Part shown: piece by piece, positions 8,046 to 18,528 of the stretch
Position numbering within the stretch: the stretch's first letter is position 1
How the letters are laid out: each line of letters opens with the position of its first letter
Origin: Leptolyngbyaceae cyanobacterium
GTDB lineage: Bacteria > Cyanobacteriota > Cyanobacteriia > Phormidesmidales > Phormidesmidaceae
Length of the DNA stretch: 64,000 nucleotides
Assembly (NCBI GenBank): GCA_965263355.1
Contig: CBDHHL010000048.1
Coordinates: 160,001-224,000, forward strand
Direction: 5' to 3'
Position numbers and translations under genes: made by a program
The notes under the pieces: generated by a model
What the model saw: only the letters and a program-made list of their open reading frames with translations
The model's database searches: none
Told to the model about the DNA's origin: nothing

Positions 8046-8412
8046 ACGTCAATACCCTCTTCGTTAATCGATTCTAAAATCCAAGCACGACAGGTATTGG
8101 GGTTCACCAAATCCACCTTAAATTCTTCGCTATAGTCCATTACAGCCAAAAAAGCATCATAATAATGTTCTTTTGGGATTCCCCAAACCGCCAAGTCAAT
8201 ATCTGAATCCAATGAGAAGTAATCGACCTTAATGGCCAAGCCAAAAACCTTGACTTGACTTGCTCCAAACCTATCTCTCAGAAGCTTTGTCAGTTCAGGG
8301 ATAAGTTCCCAAGCTTTTTCTCAACGCACTGCCACCTCAGCAGATGCTTGACTTTGGGCACTGTGTAACGCTTCCATTCCTCTGGTGTCAGCTCTAGTGC
8401 AGTTTTAGTCAT
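8042..8412 (-). pseudogene. MNT (minimal nucleotidyltransferase) antitoxin with frameshift and internal stop
   Basis: MTKTALELTPEEWKRY.. then frame change ASAEVAVR*EKAWELIPEL..RFGASQVKVFGLA..SDIDLAVWG..FKVDLV. Confidence 0.8.
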
Positions 8413-8536
8413 TAATGATTGATTGAGCTTAAAACCTGTTTTAGCCAATCTTAACTGACCTGATTCCACAACATCTAGAAAACCCATTCACCAGCAGTTG
8501 TATGATAGAGAAAAACTAGACGCTTCATCACACCCC

Positions 8537-9151
8537 ATGGATGTAATGGAATTTTTCCAGCACAGTGCTGGGCAATGGCAATCTCAACGAACCACTCATC
8601 ATCTCCCCTTTCGTCGAGCGGAGCTAGGTGGATCTGATATCACCGTCGAGGCCCTCGACAAGAACCACGAAAAAATTATTGCCATTTGCGAACTCCATAA
8701 AATTGACCCTGCACTGGCGGTGGGTGGGGCCTATGTGGCCTGGCATGGTGAAATGGCCTGGGACCGTGATGGGGAAGGTAACCATGAGGGCAGTACGATC
8801 TTTGCCCTAGTGCCCGATGAGGATAATGACCGGAAGGGTCGCCTATTACGCGAGCGGGGCTATGCAGAAATCGTTCCGGTAGTGGGGCGTTACGAAATGG
8901 ATGACGAAGACGGTCTGATTTTAGAAACTGATTATGAAACCATGAGCTCAATGGAGCGGTTCTGGTTTGTGACGCCAAACTTGCGGATGCGAAGCAGTAT
9001 TGTAAAGCGGTTTGGTGGATTTAATACGGCCTCTTTTTGTGCAGAAACTCGGGTGATGGATGGTCAGCCGCTAGAGTTGGCACCGATGGCAGATGATGCG
9101 GCGGTTGATGCGTTTGAGCAGACCTCGCAATTATCAGCAATGGGTTGGTAG
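8537..9151 (+). CDS. cpcS: Phycobiliprotein lyase, CpcS/CpeS family
   Basis: MEFFQHSAGQWQSQRTTHHLPFRRAE, LLRERGYAE, ERFWF, ASFCAE motifs. Confidence 0.9.
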   Translation: MDVMEFFQHSAGQWQSQRTTHHLPFRRAELGGSDITVEALDKNHEKIIAICELHKIDPALAVGGAYVAWHGEMAWDRDGEGNHEGSTIFALVPDEDNDRKGRLLRERGYAEIVPVVGRYEMDDEDGLILETDYETMSSMERFWFVTPNLRMRSSIVKRFGGFNTASFCAETRVMDGQPLELAPMADDAAVDAFEQTSQLSAMGW

Positions 9152-9237
9152 GCAATGGCATCGGTTATGTAGGGGTATCCCCCTGTGAGTAATTCTATCG
9201 CAGGCATTTTACGACATTGAATTCTGGCGACAGTTAC

Positions 9238-9267
9238 GGCAGGGGCTACCACAAGGACAGCCCTGCC
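9238..9267. terminator. Hairpin between convergent cpcS and aminopeptidase genes
   Basis: ggcaggggct...agccctgcc inverted arms. Confidence 0.45.
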
Positions 9268-9273
9268 TATGGT

Positions 9274-11892
9274 TTATTCCTTGGTCTTTTTCTCCGCATT
9301 AGCCTTAGCCTCTAAGGTTTCTAAGCGACTCTTCAAATCTCGATTTAGCTGTTTTAGCTCATTGAGATCCTTGCGTAGCTCATCCACTGCTTTATCGGCA
9401 CCGATGGCTCTATGGACCCTGCCCATGGCCTCTTCAGCACGGCGTTTGACTCGACCATCGGGACTTTGCTCGGCCAGGCCTTGCAATACTCGCAGTGCGC
9501 CAGGAACTTCCATTTGCCCTAGGGCGATGACAACAGCTACCTGGGTTAAGAAGAACTCTTCGCGGGCAATGGCTTCGAGGCGGTCTAGGATGCGATCGCA
9601 ATTCACCTTATTCTGCCCTGCCGCAATCTTACCCAATGCCCGAATTGCCGCCAGTCGCAGGGCTTGGGGCACACCAATCTCGGTATAGGGCAACAACAAA
9701 TCGAGGGCAGCTTCCGACGACTTAAAGACACTTAACCCTGAGATCGCCCCTGAACGCACCACTTCATTCCACCCACCCCGTTCTTCTAAAACCATTTCCA
9801 ACAGTTTAAGGGCCTTTTTCTCTTTGTTCTTACCATTATCTAAAGTACTAGAGCCCACGTTACCTAACGCTGCAGCGGCTGCACTTTCCACGTAGTAACT
9901 CTCATCACCCGCTTCAACAACAGATTTTAGCGCCTTGTAACTATCCATTGTTTTTACCCCTGCCAAGGCATTGACAACGGCTTTTCTGACTTTAGGATGT
10001 TTGTCGTCTAACCCTTTTAAGAGACCTAAAACCGCCTGATCTAACTGAATTGTAGCTAACGCTTCCCCGACTTCAGCCCGAACGGCCCAGAATGGATCCT
10101 CCACTAAAGCCTTACTAAGGGTTTCAACGGCTTCTAGACTGCCTTTTTTAGCAATGGCCTTAGCGGCATACAAGCGAGAAATCGGATCAGGATCATGCTT
10201 GAGCTGAGCCTGCAACTCTTTTAGTGGGTACTCCAGCTTTACGGTTTTGAGGGTGTGGTTGCCCACATCAAAACTGATAAAGTCCGGCTTTTTCTGTAAG
10301 GGAAAATAAAATGCTTGCTGTCGTTCGTGAATTCTAACAGAGACAGGTTGCACATCAACAACATCTCCTTCTATATAACTAAAGCCAATGGGAATCTTGA
10401 GATCAAACAGCCCTTCCTGCACCTGGGATTTACCATCGGCCACCTGGTTTTGGGTAACCATCAGCTTCGCCAAATGGCTATCACTATCCCAACTGTAGGT
10501 AACAGAATAATCAGGGTGCCCACCGCGATACACATATTGATCAAATAAGTAACGCAGATTTCTACCCGTAGCCTTATCAATGGCACGCAGCACATCAATG
10601 GTTTCAACCGTGCTGTGGGCATGGTCCGTGAGCAATGTTTGGAGAGTTTTAGTAAAAAGCTCATCACCAAGGGCCTGACGGATCATGTGATATACACAAG
10701 ACCCTTTTTCATAAATATGACAGTCGTACAGCTCAATCGGTTCACGATAAATGTGGGTAACCAACGGGCGACGATAGCGACTGGCATCTTCAGAAATATA
10801 AGCACGGGCATTGTTGAGATGGTAGTACATGGCCTCCTCCCAACCGTAGGCTTCTTCTAACCACAACACTTCCGAATAGGTGGCCATGCCTTCTTTTACC
10901 CAAGCATGGGACCAATGGTTAATCACAATCAGATCGCCAAACCACTGGTGAGCCAGCTCATGGGCAACTAGAGTCTCAGAACGGATGTTGTCGATAGCAG
11001 CACGCTTGTCTAGCAAACAACGATCGGTCAGGAGCGTGGTGGTAGTATTCTCCATACCGCCAAAGATAAAATCGGCAGGGCACACCTGGTCATAGTTAGA
11101 AAATGGATAATCGTAGCCAAACATCTGACTAAATCGCTCCATCATCTGGGGCGTTTTGCCCATGGTCAGTTCTATTTGGTCTTTACGTCCCTTGGCCACG
11201 TAGTACCGCACCGGGCGACCGCGCCACTCAGCTTCAATGCTGTCGTATTCGCCAATGGCCAGGGTCATGAGATAACTGGGGTGAACCTTATCTAACTTCC
11301 AGTGATAGATTTTGGCCGTGTCATCCTCTTTGGTAGACACTAACTCCCCATTGGACAGGGCAAAATATGTGTGTGGTACCCGTACCCGCACTTCAGATGT
11401 GGCCAACTGCCCTGGATAGTCAAAGCAGGGAAACCAAAAGCGGGAGTCTTCATCTTCGCCCTGGGTCCAGACTTGGTAAGGTTTATCAGGATAGTGCTCG
11501 TCAGGGGCAATAAAGTAAATCCCGCGCTGGGGCTCTTTGACCGCGTAGGCAATCACCAGGGTAATGGACTGTCCGGCGAAGGTAGGGTTACTGAGGTGAA
11601 CATGCAGCTTTTCACCGTCATAGTCAAAGGCCTGATGTTCATTGCCAATGGTAATTGAGTCAATAGTCAAACTGACGGCATCTAGGGCCAGACTGTTTAT
11701 GCCATTGCGCACCGGGTTAAGGCGAATGGCACAGGTACCTTTATAACTTTTTTTAGGAATCTCAAAATCAAGGTCTAGGGCGATGTGCTCAACTTGACCA
11801 GGACGGTCAGGATTATAATGAGGCGATGCACCCGGTAGCTCAAAAGACTTATAGCCGTTTTCATCGGCATTGAAATAGGCAGCGACGGACAT
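9274..11892 (-). CDS. pepN: M1-family aminopeptidase with C-terminal HEAT repeats and coiled coil
   Basis: GGMEN and HELAHQWFG...KEG zinc motifs; start placed at MSVAAY because the ORF-track extension runs into a repeat element. Confidence 0.9.
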   Translation of the reverse strand: MSVAAYFNADENGYKSFELPGASPHYNPDRPGQVEHIALDLDFEIPKKSYKGTCAIRLNPVRNGINSLALDAVSLTIDSITIGNEHQAFDYDGEKLHVHLSNPTFAGQSITLVIAYAVKEPQRGIYFIAPDEHYPDKPYQVWTQGEDEDSRFWFPCFDYPGQLATSEVRVRVPHTYFALSNGELVSTKEDDTAKIYHWKLDKVHPSYLMTLAIGEYDSIEAEWRGRPVRYYVAKGRKDQIELTMGKTPQMMERFSQMFGYDYPFSNYDQVCPADFIFGGMENTTTTLLTDRCLLDKRAAIDNIRSETLVAHELAHQWFGDLIVINHWSHAWVKEGMATYSEVLWLEEAYGWEEAMYYHLNNARAYISEDASRYRRPLVTHIYREPIELYDCHIYEKGSCVYHMIRQALGDELFTKTLQTLLTDHAHSTVETIDVLRAIDKATGRNLRYLFDQYVYRGGHPDYSVTYSWDSDSHLAKLMVTQNQVADGKSQVQEGLFDLKIPIGFSYIEGDVVDVQPVSVRIHERQQAFYFPLQKKPDFISFDVGNHTLKTVKLEYPLKELQAQLKHDPDPISRLYAAKAIAKKGSLEAVETLSKALVEDPFWAVRAEVGEALATIQLDQAVLGLLKGLDDKHPKVRKAVVNALAGVKTMDSYKALKSVVEAGDESYYVESAAAAALGNVGSSTLDNGKNKEKKALKLLEMVLEERGGWNEVVRSGAISGLSVFKSSEAALDLLLPYTEIGVPQALRLAAIRALGKIAAGQNKVNCDRILDRLEAIAREEFFLTQVAVVIALGQMEVPGALRVLQGLAEQSPDGRVKRRAEEAMGRVHRAIGADKAVDELRKDLNELKQLNRDLKSRLETLEAKANAEKKTKE

Positions 11893-11914
11893 AGGAAATT
11901 TATGGTAGATAAAG

Positions 11915-12042
11915 CCCTTGTCACCCATCCCCTTCTCCTTTAAGGAGGAGGGGAAAATCAATGGAGAACTTTTTTTAGCCCATGAAAATGAGCCAAGAAC
12001 ATCAAAGTCTCTCTCCCTAGAGAGAGGGATTTAGGGTGAGGG
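11915..12042. repeat. Cyanobacterial small dispersed repeat with two hairpins (CCCTCACCC-type)
   Basis: ccccttctcc-tttaa-ggaggagggg and ctctctc-ccta-gagagag hairpins ending in gggatttagggtgaggg. Confidence 0.6.
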
Positions 12043-12249
12043 ATAAGGGCGACGTATTTAGCAACTTAGGTTAACGTCTTCTCCATGATTGTGCCGCTAC
12101 GCTTTGCGATCTTTTGCGATACTTAACCGTTCCCTTTGCTTCCACATCTGCCCCCTTTGCTTTTTAGAGAGGAAACTTAAAGATTTTGGTTAGACGATGG
12201 CTCTAAGCTAATTACAAACACACATTCAATTGAGACTAGGCCCCGTTAC

Positions 12250-13194
12250 ATGAACGCGATCGCAACTCGCTCAATTACCCACTTAATTAATGGAGCCCTG
12301 GCCATTAAGCCATTGGCGAATTTTGCTAAAGACCGTGCCCGCACCATGATGATCAAACGGGCAGAGTCGATTGGGGTGTATTGGCTCGATGAAGTGGCCA
12401 AGCTCAGGTCCCGTGGTGGCAATGGAGGCTTAAACCCGATATGGGAAACGGAGCGGGCAGAGATTTGCGATCGCAACCTCACCTATCCCAACTATTACCT
12501 CACTAGCTTCCACGCTTACGAAGAAGGCAACCTTGGCTGGAAACCGGCCCTAGAAGAATCGGTAGCAGCCAAAGCTGTCCATGCTCGTCTTTGGCCCGAA
12601 GGCGATGCCCAAGGCGACTGGCGTCTACGTAAAAGCTATCTTGATGTCCTGCTTGATAAATTACCTAAAGCCCCCGAAACTATCGTGGACATGGGCTGCA
12701 GCACCGGGCTCAGCACCCGTGCATTACAACGGGCCTATCCCCAGGCAACCACTATCGGGGTAGATCTATCCGACTACTTCTTAACCGTGGCCCAATATAA
12801 AGCAAATGCAGCTACGGATGGCCTCGAAACGCCCCAATGGATCCATGCCGCTGCCGAGAATACTGGCTTTGCTGATCAGTCCGTAGATTTAGTCTCGGCA
12901 TCTTTATTATTCCATGAGCTACCTGTTTCCGCAGCCCTGGATGTCATCCACGAAGGATATCGAATCCTACGACCCGGTGGTTATTTCACCATCATGGACA
13001 TGAATCCCCAGTCGGAGGTATATAAGAAAATGCCTGCCTATATCCTCACCTTGCTCAAGAGCACAGAACCCTACCTCGATCAGTACTTTGCCCTGGATTT
13101 GCATCAGGCGTTGATGGATGCAGGCTTTGTTCAGGCGAGCCAGGCTATTAACACCTCCCGACATCGTGTAGTAGTTGCCAAGAAACCAGATTAG
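12250..13194 (+). CDS. Class I SAM-dependent methyltransferase
   Basis: IVDMGCSTG, GVDLS, LFHELP, ILRPGG motifs. Confidence 0.9.
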   Translation: MNAIATRSITHLINGALAIKPLANFAKDRARTMMIKRAESIGVYWLDEVAKLRSRGGNGGLNPIWETERAEICDRNLTYPNYYLTSFHAYEEGNLGWKPALEESVAAKAVHARLWPEGDAQGDWRLRKSYLDVLLDKLPKAPETIVDMGCSTGLSTRALQRAYPQATTIGVDLSDYFLTVAQYKANAATDGLETPQWIHAAAENTGFADQSVDLVSASLLFHELPVSAALDVIHEGYRILRPGGYFTIMDMNPQSEVYKKMPAYILTLLKSTEPYLDQYFALDLHQALMDAGFVQASQAINTSRHRVVVAKKPD

Positions 13195-13471
13195 CTACTG
13201 TACGAATGGTTAGGGAGTTTTAGTCTTCGTCCCTCGCTCCACTCCGTGAAATTAAGAACGTGTAACGTTCTGCTTACACACCTTTAAGAAATCCAGGAGT
13301 TACCTGGGGATCATTATTTTTATTCTTACAGTGGTTAACAAGGCCTGATAGCTGCCTAGCGGCAGCTACACGACAGCCGATCCCTATAGCCACATCTTTG
13401 GGCTGAAACTCGAAGGGTTTCAATACCGAATGATTTAGATGATGTGGCCCATGCTATAGAAACTGGCCTTC

Positions 13472-15061
13472 ATGTCTATGGACTTTGCAACATTTCCTTG
13501 GTTAAGCACCATCATTTTACTGCCAATTTTGGCAGCCTTGTTGGTCCCATTTATTCCCGATCAGGATGGCAAAACAGTTCGGTGGTATTCCCTCATTATT
13601 GGGCTGATTGATTTTGCTCTGATTGTCACAGCTTTCATCACTTGCTACGACCCGGCCAACTCTGGGATGCAGCTGGTGGAGAGCTACAGCTGGGTGCCAG
13701 CTCTCGACCTGAATTGGTCAGTCGGTGTAGATGGCCTCTCCATGCCACTAGTCTTACTGACTGGCTTTATTACCACACTGGCTATCTTAGCTTCATGGCC
13801 AGTCACCCTCAAGCCCAAGCTTTTTTACTTCTTGCTACTGTCCATGTATGGGGCGCAGATTGCAGTATTTGCTGTTCAGGATATGCTGCTGTTCTTCCTG
13901 GTATGGGAGCTGGAGCTGATCCCGGTATATCTGCTGTTATCGATTTGGGGTGGCAAGCGACGCCTGTATGCAGCCACTAAGTTTATTCTCTATACGGCAG
14001 GAGGCTCTCTATTTATTCTGGTAGCAGCCCTGGCGATGGCATTCTACGGTGACACCATCACCTTTGATATGCAGGCATTAATGGCTAAGGAGTTCCCTGT
14101 TCGGTTACAGCTATGGCTGTACACGGCCTTTTTGATTGCCTATGCGGTCAAGTTACCGATATTTCCACTGCACACCTGGCTACCCGATGCCCACGGTGAA
14201 GCAACGGCCCCCGTCCACATGCTGCTGGCAGGCATCCTGCTAAAAATGGGTGGGTATGCCCTGATTCGCATGAATGTAGAAATGTTGCCCGATGCCCATG
14301 CCATCGTGGCACCAGGGTTAATTCTCTTTGGGGTAATCAATATTATTTATGCGGCATTGACCTCCTTTGCCCAGCGGAACCTAAAACGTAAGATTGCCTA
14401 CTCATCCATTTCCCACATGGGATTTGTGATTATCGGTATCGCATCGTTTACTAACTTAGGGCTGAGTGGTGCGGTGCTCCAGATGGTCTCCCATGGATTG
14501 ATTGGGGCCAGTTTGTTTTTCTTGGTTGGCGCTACCTACGACCGCACCCATACCCTGATCCTGTCGGAAATGGGAGGTGTGGGCACCAAGATGCCAAAGA
14601 TCTTCTCCATGTTTACAGCTTGTTCCATGGCATCGCTGGCATTACCCGGCATGAGTGGTTTTGTGGCGGAACTGATGGTGTTTGTGGGCTTTGCCAATAG
14701 CGACGCTTACAGCTTCAACTTTAAGCTAGTGATGATCTTGCTAATGGCAGTGGGCGTAATTTTGACACCGATTTATCTGTTGTCAATGCTACGGGAAATC
14801 TTCTTTGGCCCTGAGAATAAGGAGCTGGTTGAGCATCAAGTTCTAATCGATGCTGAACCGCGTGAAGTGTTTATCATTGCTTGCTTGCTAGTCCCCATCA
14901 TTGGCTTTGGTCTCTATCCCAAATTACTGACCCAGGTCTATGATGCGAAGACTATACAGATAAGCGAGAGTTTGCGGACAGAACTGTTTGAGATCGCAAG
15001 TCACGAACCACCTTTACCCATCGGCACAATGCCCACCAAGGCACCGCCCATTGGGCAATAA
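13472..15061 (+). CDS. ndhD: NAD(P)H-quinone oxidoreductase subunit 4 (NdhD1 type)
   Basis: [45 protein letters not shown]. Confidence 0.95.
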   Translation: MSMDFATFPWLSTIILLPILAALLVPFIPDQDGKTVRWYSLIIGLIDFALIVTAFITCYDPANSGMQLVESYSWVPALDLNWSVGVDGLSMPLVLLTGFITTLAILASWPVTLKPKLFYFLLLSMYGAQIAVFAVQDMLLFFLVWELELIPVYLLLSIWGGKRRLYAATKFILYTAGGSLFILVAALAMAFYGDTITFDMQALMAKEFPVRLQLWLYTAFLIAYAVKLPIFPLHTWLPDAHGEATAPVHMLLAGILLKMGGYALIRMNVEMLPDAHAIVAPGLILFGVINIIYAALTSFAQRNLKRKIAYSSISHMGFVIIGIASFTNLGLSGAVLQMVSHGLIGASLFFLVGATYDRTHTLILSEMGGVGTKMPKIFSMFTACSMASLALPGMSGFVAELMVFVGFANSDAYSFNFKLVMILLMAVGVILTPIYLLSMLREIFFGPENKELVEHQVLIDAEPREVFIIACLLVPIIGFGLYPKLLTQVYDAKTIQISESLRTELFEIASHEPPLPIGTMPTKAPPIGQ

Positions 15062-15066
15062 ACATC

Positions 15067-15101
15067 CCGTCGGGGCATTGCGTGCAATGCTGCCCCGACG
15101 G
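15067..15101. repeat. REP-like palindrome related to 5069-5108
   Basis: ccgtcggggcattgcgtgcaatgctgccccgacgg. Confidence 0.75.
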
Positions 15102-15139
15102 AAAACTTTGCAAAAATCTTATCCTCTACTAATCATCAC

Positions 15140-15175
15140 CCCTGCCAGGATTACGCCCTGGCAGGGTCTTTTTTT
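15140..15175 (+). terminator. Intrinsic terminator after ndhD
   Basis: ccctgccagg/cctggcaggg 10-bp stem followed by a T run. Confidence 0.85.
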
Positions 15176-15342
15176 GGGCTTACCACATTAGCCATTTCTA
15201 CCCAGAAAGTTGCACTTTTAGGTCACACTACTCGCCGAAAACATGGGTGTTTTAAACAATTCAAATCACTAAATTAATGGTCAGACGTCAGATTTCTCCT
15301 ACTCTCTGCTGATGTCTGAACAACTATCAAGGTGCAATTATC

Positions 15343-16776
15343 ATGGCTAATTTTAATATCGGACAAATCACTGATGAAGGTTACAGCGTTAGTAACTTCT
15401 CTGTGACGCCTGGATTCCCCACTGATGTTTTTGAATTTGACGTTGTTGGCACTCATCAGCTCTCGATTTACCTGAACGACATCACTGTAGGGGATGATGC
15501 TGATATCTATTTATATGCTGACTCCAACAACAACGGTATTCTCGATGGCGGCGATACCTTAGTTGATTTCTCTACCAACGCCAACAATAACGATGATGTA
15601 ATCGACTACACTGCCACCACTGGCACGTACTTTGCCGAGGTAGAACGTTATGCCCCAGGTAGTATTGGCAGTGTGAACTATGATCTGGAAATCAGAACTA
15701 ACTACGATGTTGGTGATTTGACCGCCTCACCCATTAGCAAAAATAACTACAACGTATCAATCAGCGACCCCATTGATATCTTTGAGTTTACGGCCAACAA
15801 TAATCAACAGATTGCTCTTTACCTGCATGAAATCAGTGCAAACGATGATGCCGACCTCTATCTATACGCTGATTCCAACGATAACGGTATTCTCGATAGT
15901 GATGACCTCCTGGTTGACTCTTCCACCAATGCTGGCAACAACAATGATGTCATCGACTACACCTCCACTGGTGGCACCTACTTTGCTCAAGTAGAACGAT
16001 ACGGTGCAGGCAGCTTTGGCAGTGTCACCTATGACCTTGACCTCAGTGTCAACTATGACGTCGGTAACTTAACCGCCTCACCCATTAGCAAAAATAACTA
16101 CAACGTATCAGTCAGCGACCCCATTGATGTCTTTGAATTTAACCTCACAGCCGATAGCACCATTCACCTGAATCTCCATGGTATTAGTATTGGTGACGAT
16201 GCCGATCTAATGCTTTATGAAGACAATGGGAATGGCATCTTCGATAGTGGAGATCTCTTGGTAACCAGCTCCACAGCAGCAGGCAACAACGATGACATTA
16301 TTAACTACAGAGGTAGCGAAGGCACCTATTTTGCTCAGGTCAGCCGCTATGCAGCAGGCAGTATTGGGGATGTCTCCTATGACCTCGATTTATCAACGAC
16401 CAGTGGCGGTGCCAGTAACTTATTAGGTGCTGAGTTTGTTGTTGGTGATATTAATAGCCACACCCCTGATCAATTTGGTTTTGTAGGGGATACTGATACC
16501 ACTGATACCTATTCATTTTCCTTAGGCCTATTTGAGGGCGTTGATATTCAGCTCACAGGTCTCACCAGCGATGCAGACATCCGTCTTATCGAAGACTTCA
16601 ATAGCAACGGTATTGTGGATGCTGGTGAGGTTATAGATGAATCCTTTTTCGCAGGTTCCTCCAGTGAGAACATTACTCTAGAGTTTTCTGGTGACTACTT
16701 GTTGCAGGTGTATCAATATAGTGGAGACACTAATTACACCCTGGCATTTAATCACTACGAAACTCCTTATATCTAA
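15343..16776 (+). CDS. Acidic tandem PPC-like beta-sandwich repeat protein, probably Ca-binding
   Basis: Four repeats with DADxxL, DSNxNGILD, GTYFAxV..Y motifs; no peptidase domain or obvious signal peptide. Confidence 0.8.
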   Translation: MANFNIGQITDEGYSVSNFSVTPGFPTDVFEFDVVGTHQLSIYLNDITVGDDADIYLYADSNNNGILDGGDTLVDFSTNANNNDDVIDYTATTGTYFAEVERYAPGSIGSVNYDLEIRTNYDVGDLTASPISKNNYNVSISDPIDIFEFTANNNQQIALYLHEISANDDADLYLYADSNDNGILDSDDLLVDSSTNAGNNNDVIDYTSTGGTYFAQVERYGAGSFGSVTYDLDLSVNYDVGNLTASPISKNNYNVSVSDPIDVFEFNLTADSTIHLNLHGISIGDDADLMLYEDNGNGIFDSGDLLVTSSTAAGNNDDIINYRGSEGTYFAQVSRYAAGSIGDVSYDLDLSTTSGGASNLLGAEFVVGDINSHTPDQFGFVGDTDTTDTYSFSLGLFEGVDIQLTGLTSDADIRLIEDFNSNGIVDAGEVIDESFFAGSSSENITLEFSGDYLLQVYQYSGDTNYTLAFNHYETPYI

Positions 16777-16782
16777 ACCTTG

Positions 16783-16843
16783 TCCACGTCCAGAACGATG
16801 GTTTTTCCGTAGAAGAATCTACAAGCTTTAAGTTGGACGTGGA
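16783..16843. repeat. Small dispersed element with terminal inverted repeats (copy 1)
   Basis: tccacgtcca...tggacgtgga; second copy at 41802-41858. Confidence 0.75.
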
Positions 16844-17080
16844 TTAGGTAAAAAGTTTCTTTACTTTATAAGCAGATTTGCGAGCAAAGATTGAGTTCTG
16901 AATCATAATGTGTAGGCTAAATTCCTTAGAGTGCCATAACAAGCCTTCATAAGAATTATCTACATATAGTGATTGACTTCAATGCCTGTAGCTAATGACC
17001 ATTGGGCTTGTCTGTAATTACCCCTTGACAAGCTCAGTGGTTTTATTTATCTCTTAAACACTCCTACATTAAATTTTCCA

Positions 17081-18442
17081 TTGAATCTGAATCGCTTTGC
17101 CGGTGTCACTAACTTCTTTTCGGTGCAAGATTGGGCACTGGAAGCCAGGCTGCTGCGATGGTTAACTATGCTTTGGTTAACCATTGGTCTAGTAGTGCTT
17201 TTTTCGGCCTCCTATCCAGTCGCTGATGCAGAAATCGGTGATGGTGCCCGTTACTTTAAAGTGCAGATTCTATGGATCCTGGTTGGTTTGGTGATGTCTC
17301 GATGGATTGCCCGCCATCCCCTCAGGCTGATTATGCAGTTTTCTGGCCTGGGCTTATTGATGTGTTTAGGCCTAATTATCGCCACCCATATTCCTGGCTT
17401 AGGAGTAACCGTCAATGGTGCTACCCGTTGGCTACCCTTAGGGCCATTCCTAATTCAACCGTCTGAGCTGCTAAAACCGTTTTTAATTCTGCAGAGTGCT
17501 AGATTATTTGGCCGATGGCATCGGTTTCGCCCCGCCAATCGCTGGCTGTGGTTAGGGGTATTTGCCCTATGTTTAATCGCGATTTTAGTTCAGCCAAATT
17601 TAAGTACTACGGCTGTTTGTGGCATTACCGTTTGGTTAATTGCTTGGGCCTCAGGCTGCCCTTACAAACACCTCATACTGACGGCTGGGACTGGAGCCCT
17701 GGCAGCGGTATTGAGCGTTAGTATCAAAACCTATCAGCGTGAGCGGATTATTTCTTTTCTCGATCCATGGTCCCAAGCTAGTGATAACGGCTATCAACTT
17801 GTTCAGAGTCTATATGCCATTGGTTCTGGAGGTCTTTGGGGAACTGGATTTGGCATGGGGCAGCAAAAGCTGGGCTACTTACCTATTCAATACACTGATT
17901 TTATTTTTTCGGTCTACGCTGAGGAATTTGGCTTTATTGGGGCAGTCATGCTGCTGCTCTTTTTAGCTGTCTTTAGTACCGTTGCTCTACTGGTAGCGCT
18001 CAAAGCAAAGTCATCGGTAAATCGACTAATAGCAATTGGCTGTATGGTTCTACTGGTGGGTCAGTCACTGATTAATATCGGTGTAGCGACTGGGTCATTA
18101 CCGACCACTGGACTACCATTTCCCATGATGAGCTATGGCGGCAGCTCCATGATGTCTAGTCTGATCGTAGCAGGTCTGCTAATTCGAGTTGCTCGCGAAG
18201 CCCATGAGGCTGATATTCTGGCCATGACCGAGCAGCCTATTCGCCCTCGGCAATATCGCCCTGGCAGCCGTCGTCGTCGCTATGAACAACAGCCACAAGA
18301 AACAGCCATTCAGGCTCCTGCATCTAAAACCATTCTGAAAAAAGTTGTCCGATCTCGTCTCCGCATTCAGCCTGAAATTGAGTCAAAGTCAAAGCCAAGC
18401 CGCAAGTATGGGCGTAAAAGCAAACGAATACGAAGTATTTAA
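17081..18442 (+). CDS. ftsW: SEDS family protein FtsW
   Basis: NGATRW, IQPSELLK, GYQLVQSL, TDFIFSVYAEEFG, PTTGLPFP motifs; upstream of ccdA-ccsB. Confidence 0.88.
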   Translation: MNLNRFAGVTNFFSVQDWALEARLLRWLTMLWLTIGLVVLFSASYPVADAEIGDGARYFKVQILWILVGLVMSRWIARHPLRLIMQFSGLGLLMCLGLIIATHIPGLGVTVNGATRWLPLGPFLIQPSELLKPFLILQSARLFGRWHRFRPANRWLWLGVFALCLIAILVQPNLSTTAVCGITVWLIAWASGCPYKHLILTAGTGALAAVLSVSIKTYQRERIISFLDPWSQASDNGYQLVQSLYAIGSGGLWGTGFGMGQQKLGYLPIQYTDFIFSVYAEEFGFIGAVMLLLFLAVFSTVALLVALKAKSSVNRLIAIGCMVLLVGQSLINIGVATGSLPTTGLPFPMMSYGGSSMMSSLIVAGLLIRVAREAHEADILAMTEQPIRPRQYRPGSRRRRYEQQPQETAIQAPASKTILKKVVRSRLRIQPEIESKSKPSRKYGRKSKRIRSI

Positions 18443-18528
18443 TGTTTCGATACAACTACAATTAAGAAACGACTTAGTCCATTGGTAATACCCGATGGGT
18501 TGTGTTGGTTTGATCAGCCAATTTTTCT

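Noticed and set aside
8290..8487. 65-aa ORF as an independent gene
   Set aside because: Its second half is the frameshifted N-terminus of the MNT pseudogene
13472..15061. ndhD without an adjacent ndhF
   Set aside because: Stand-alone ndhD paralogs are common in cyanobacteria
16783..16843. Integron attC interpretation of the 57-bp element (GTTGGAC fits GTTRRRY)
   Set aside because: No matching RYYYAAC at the other end, copy 2 has CTTGGAC, and no integrase or cassette array is present
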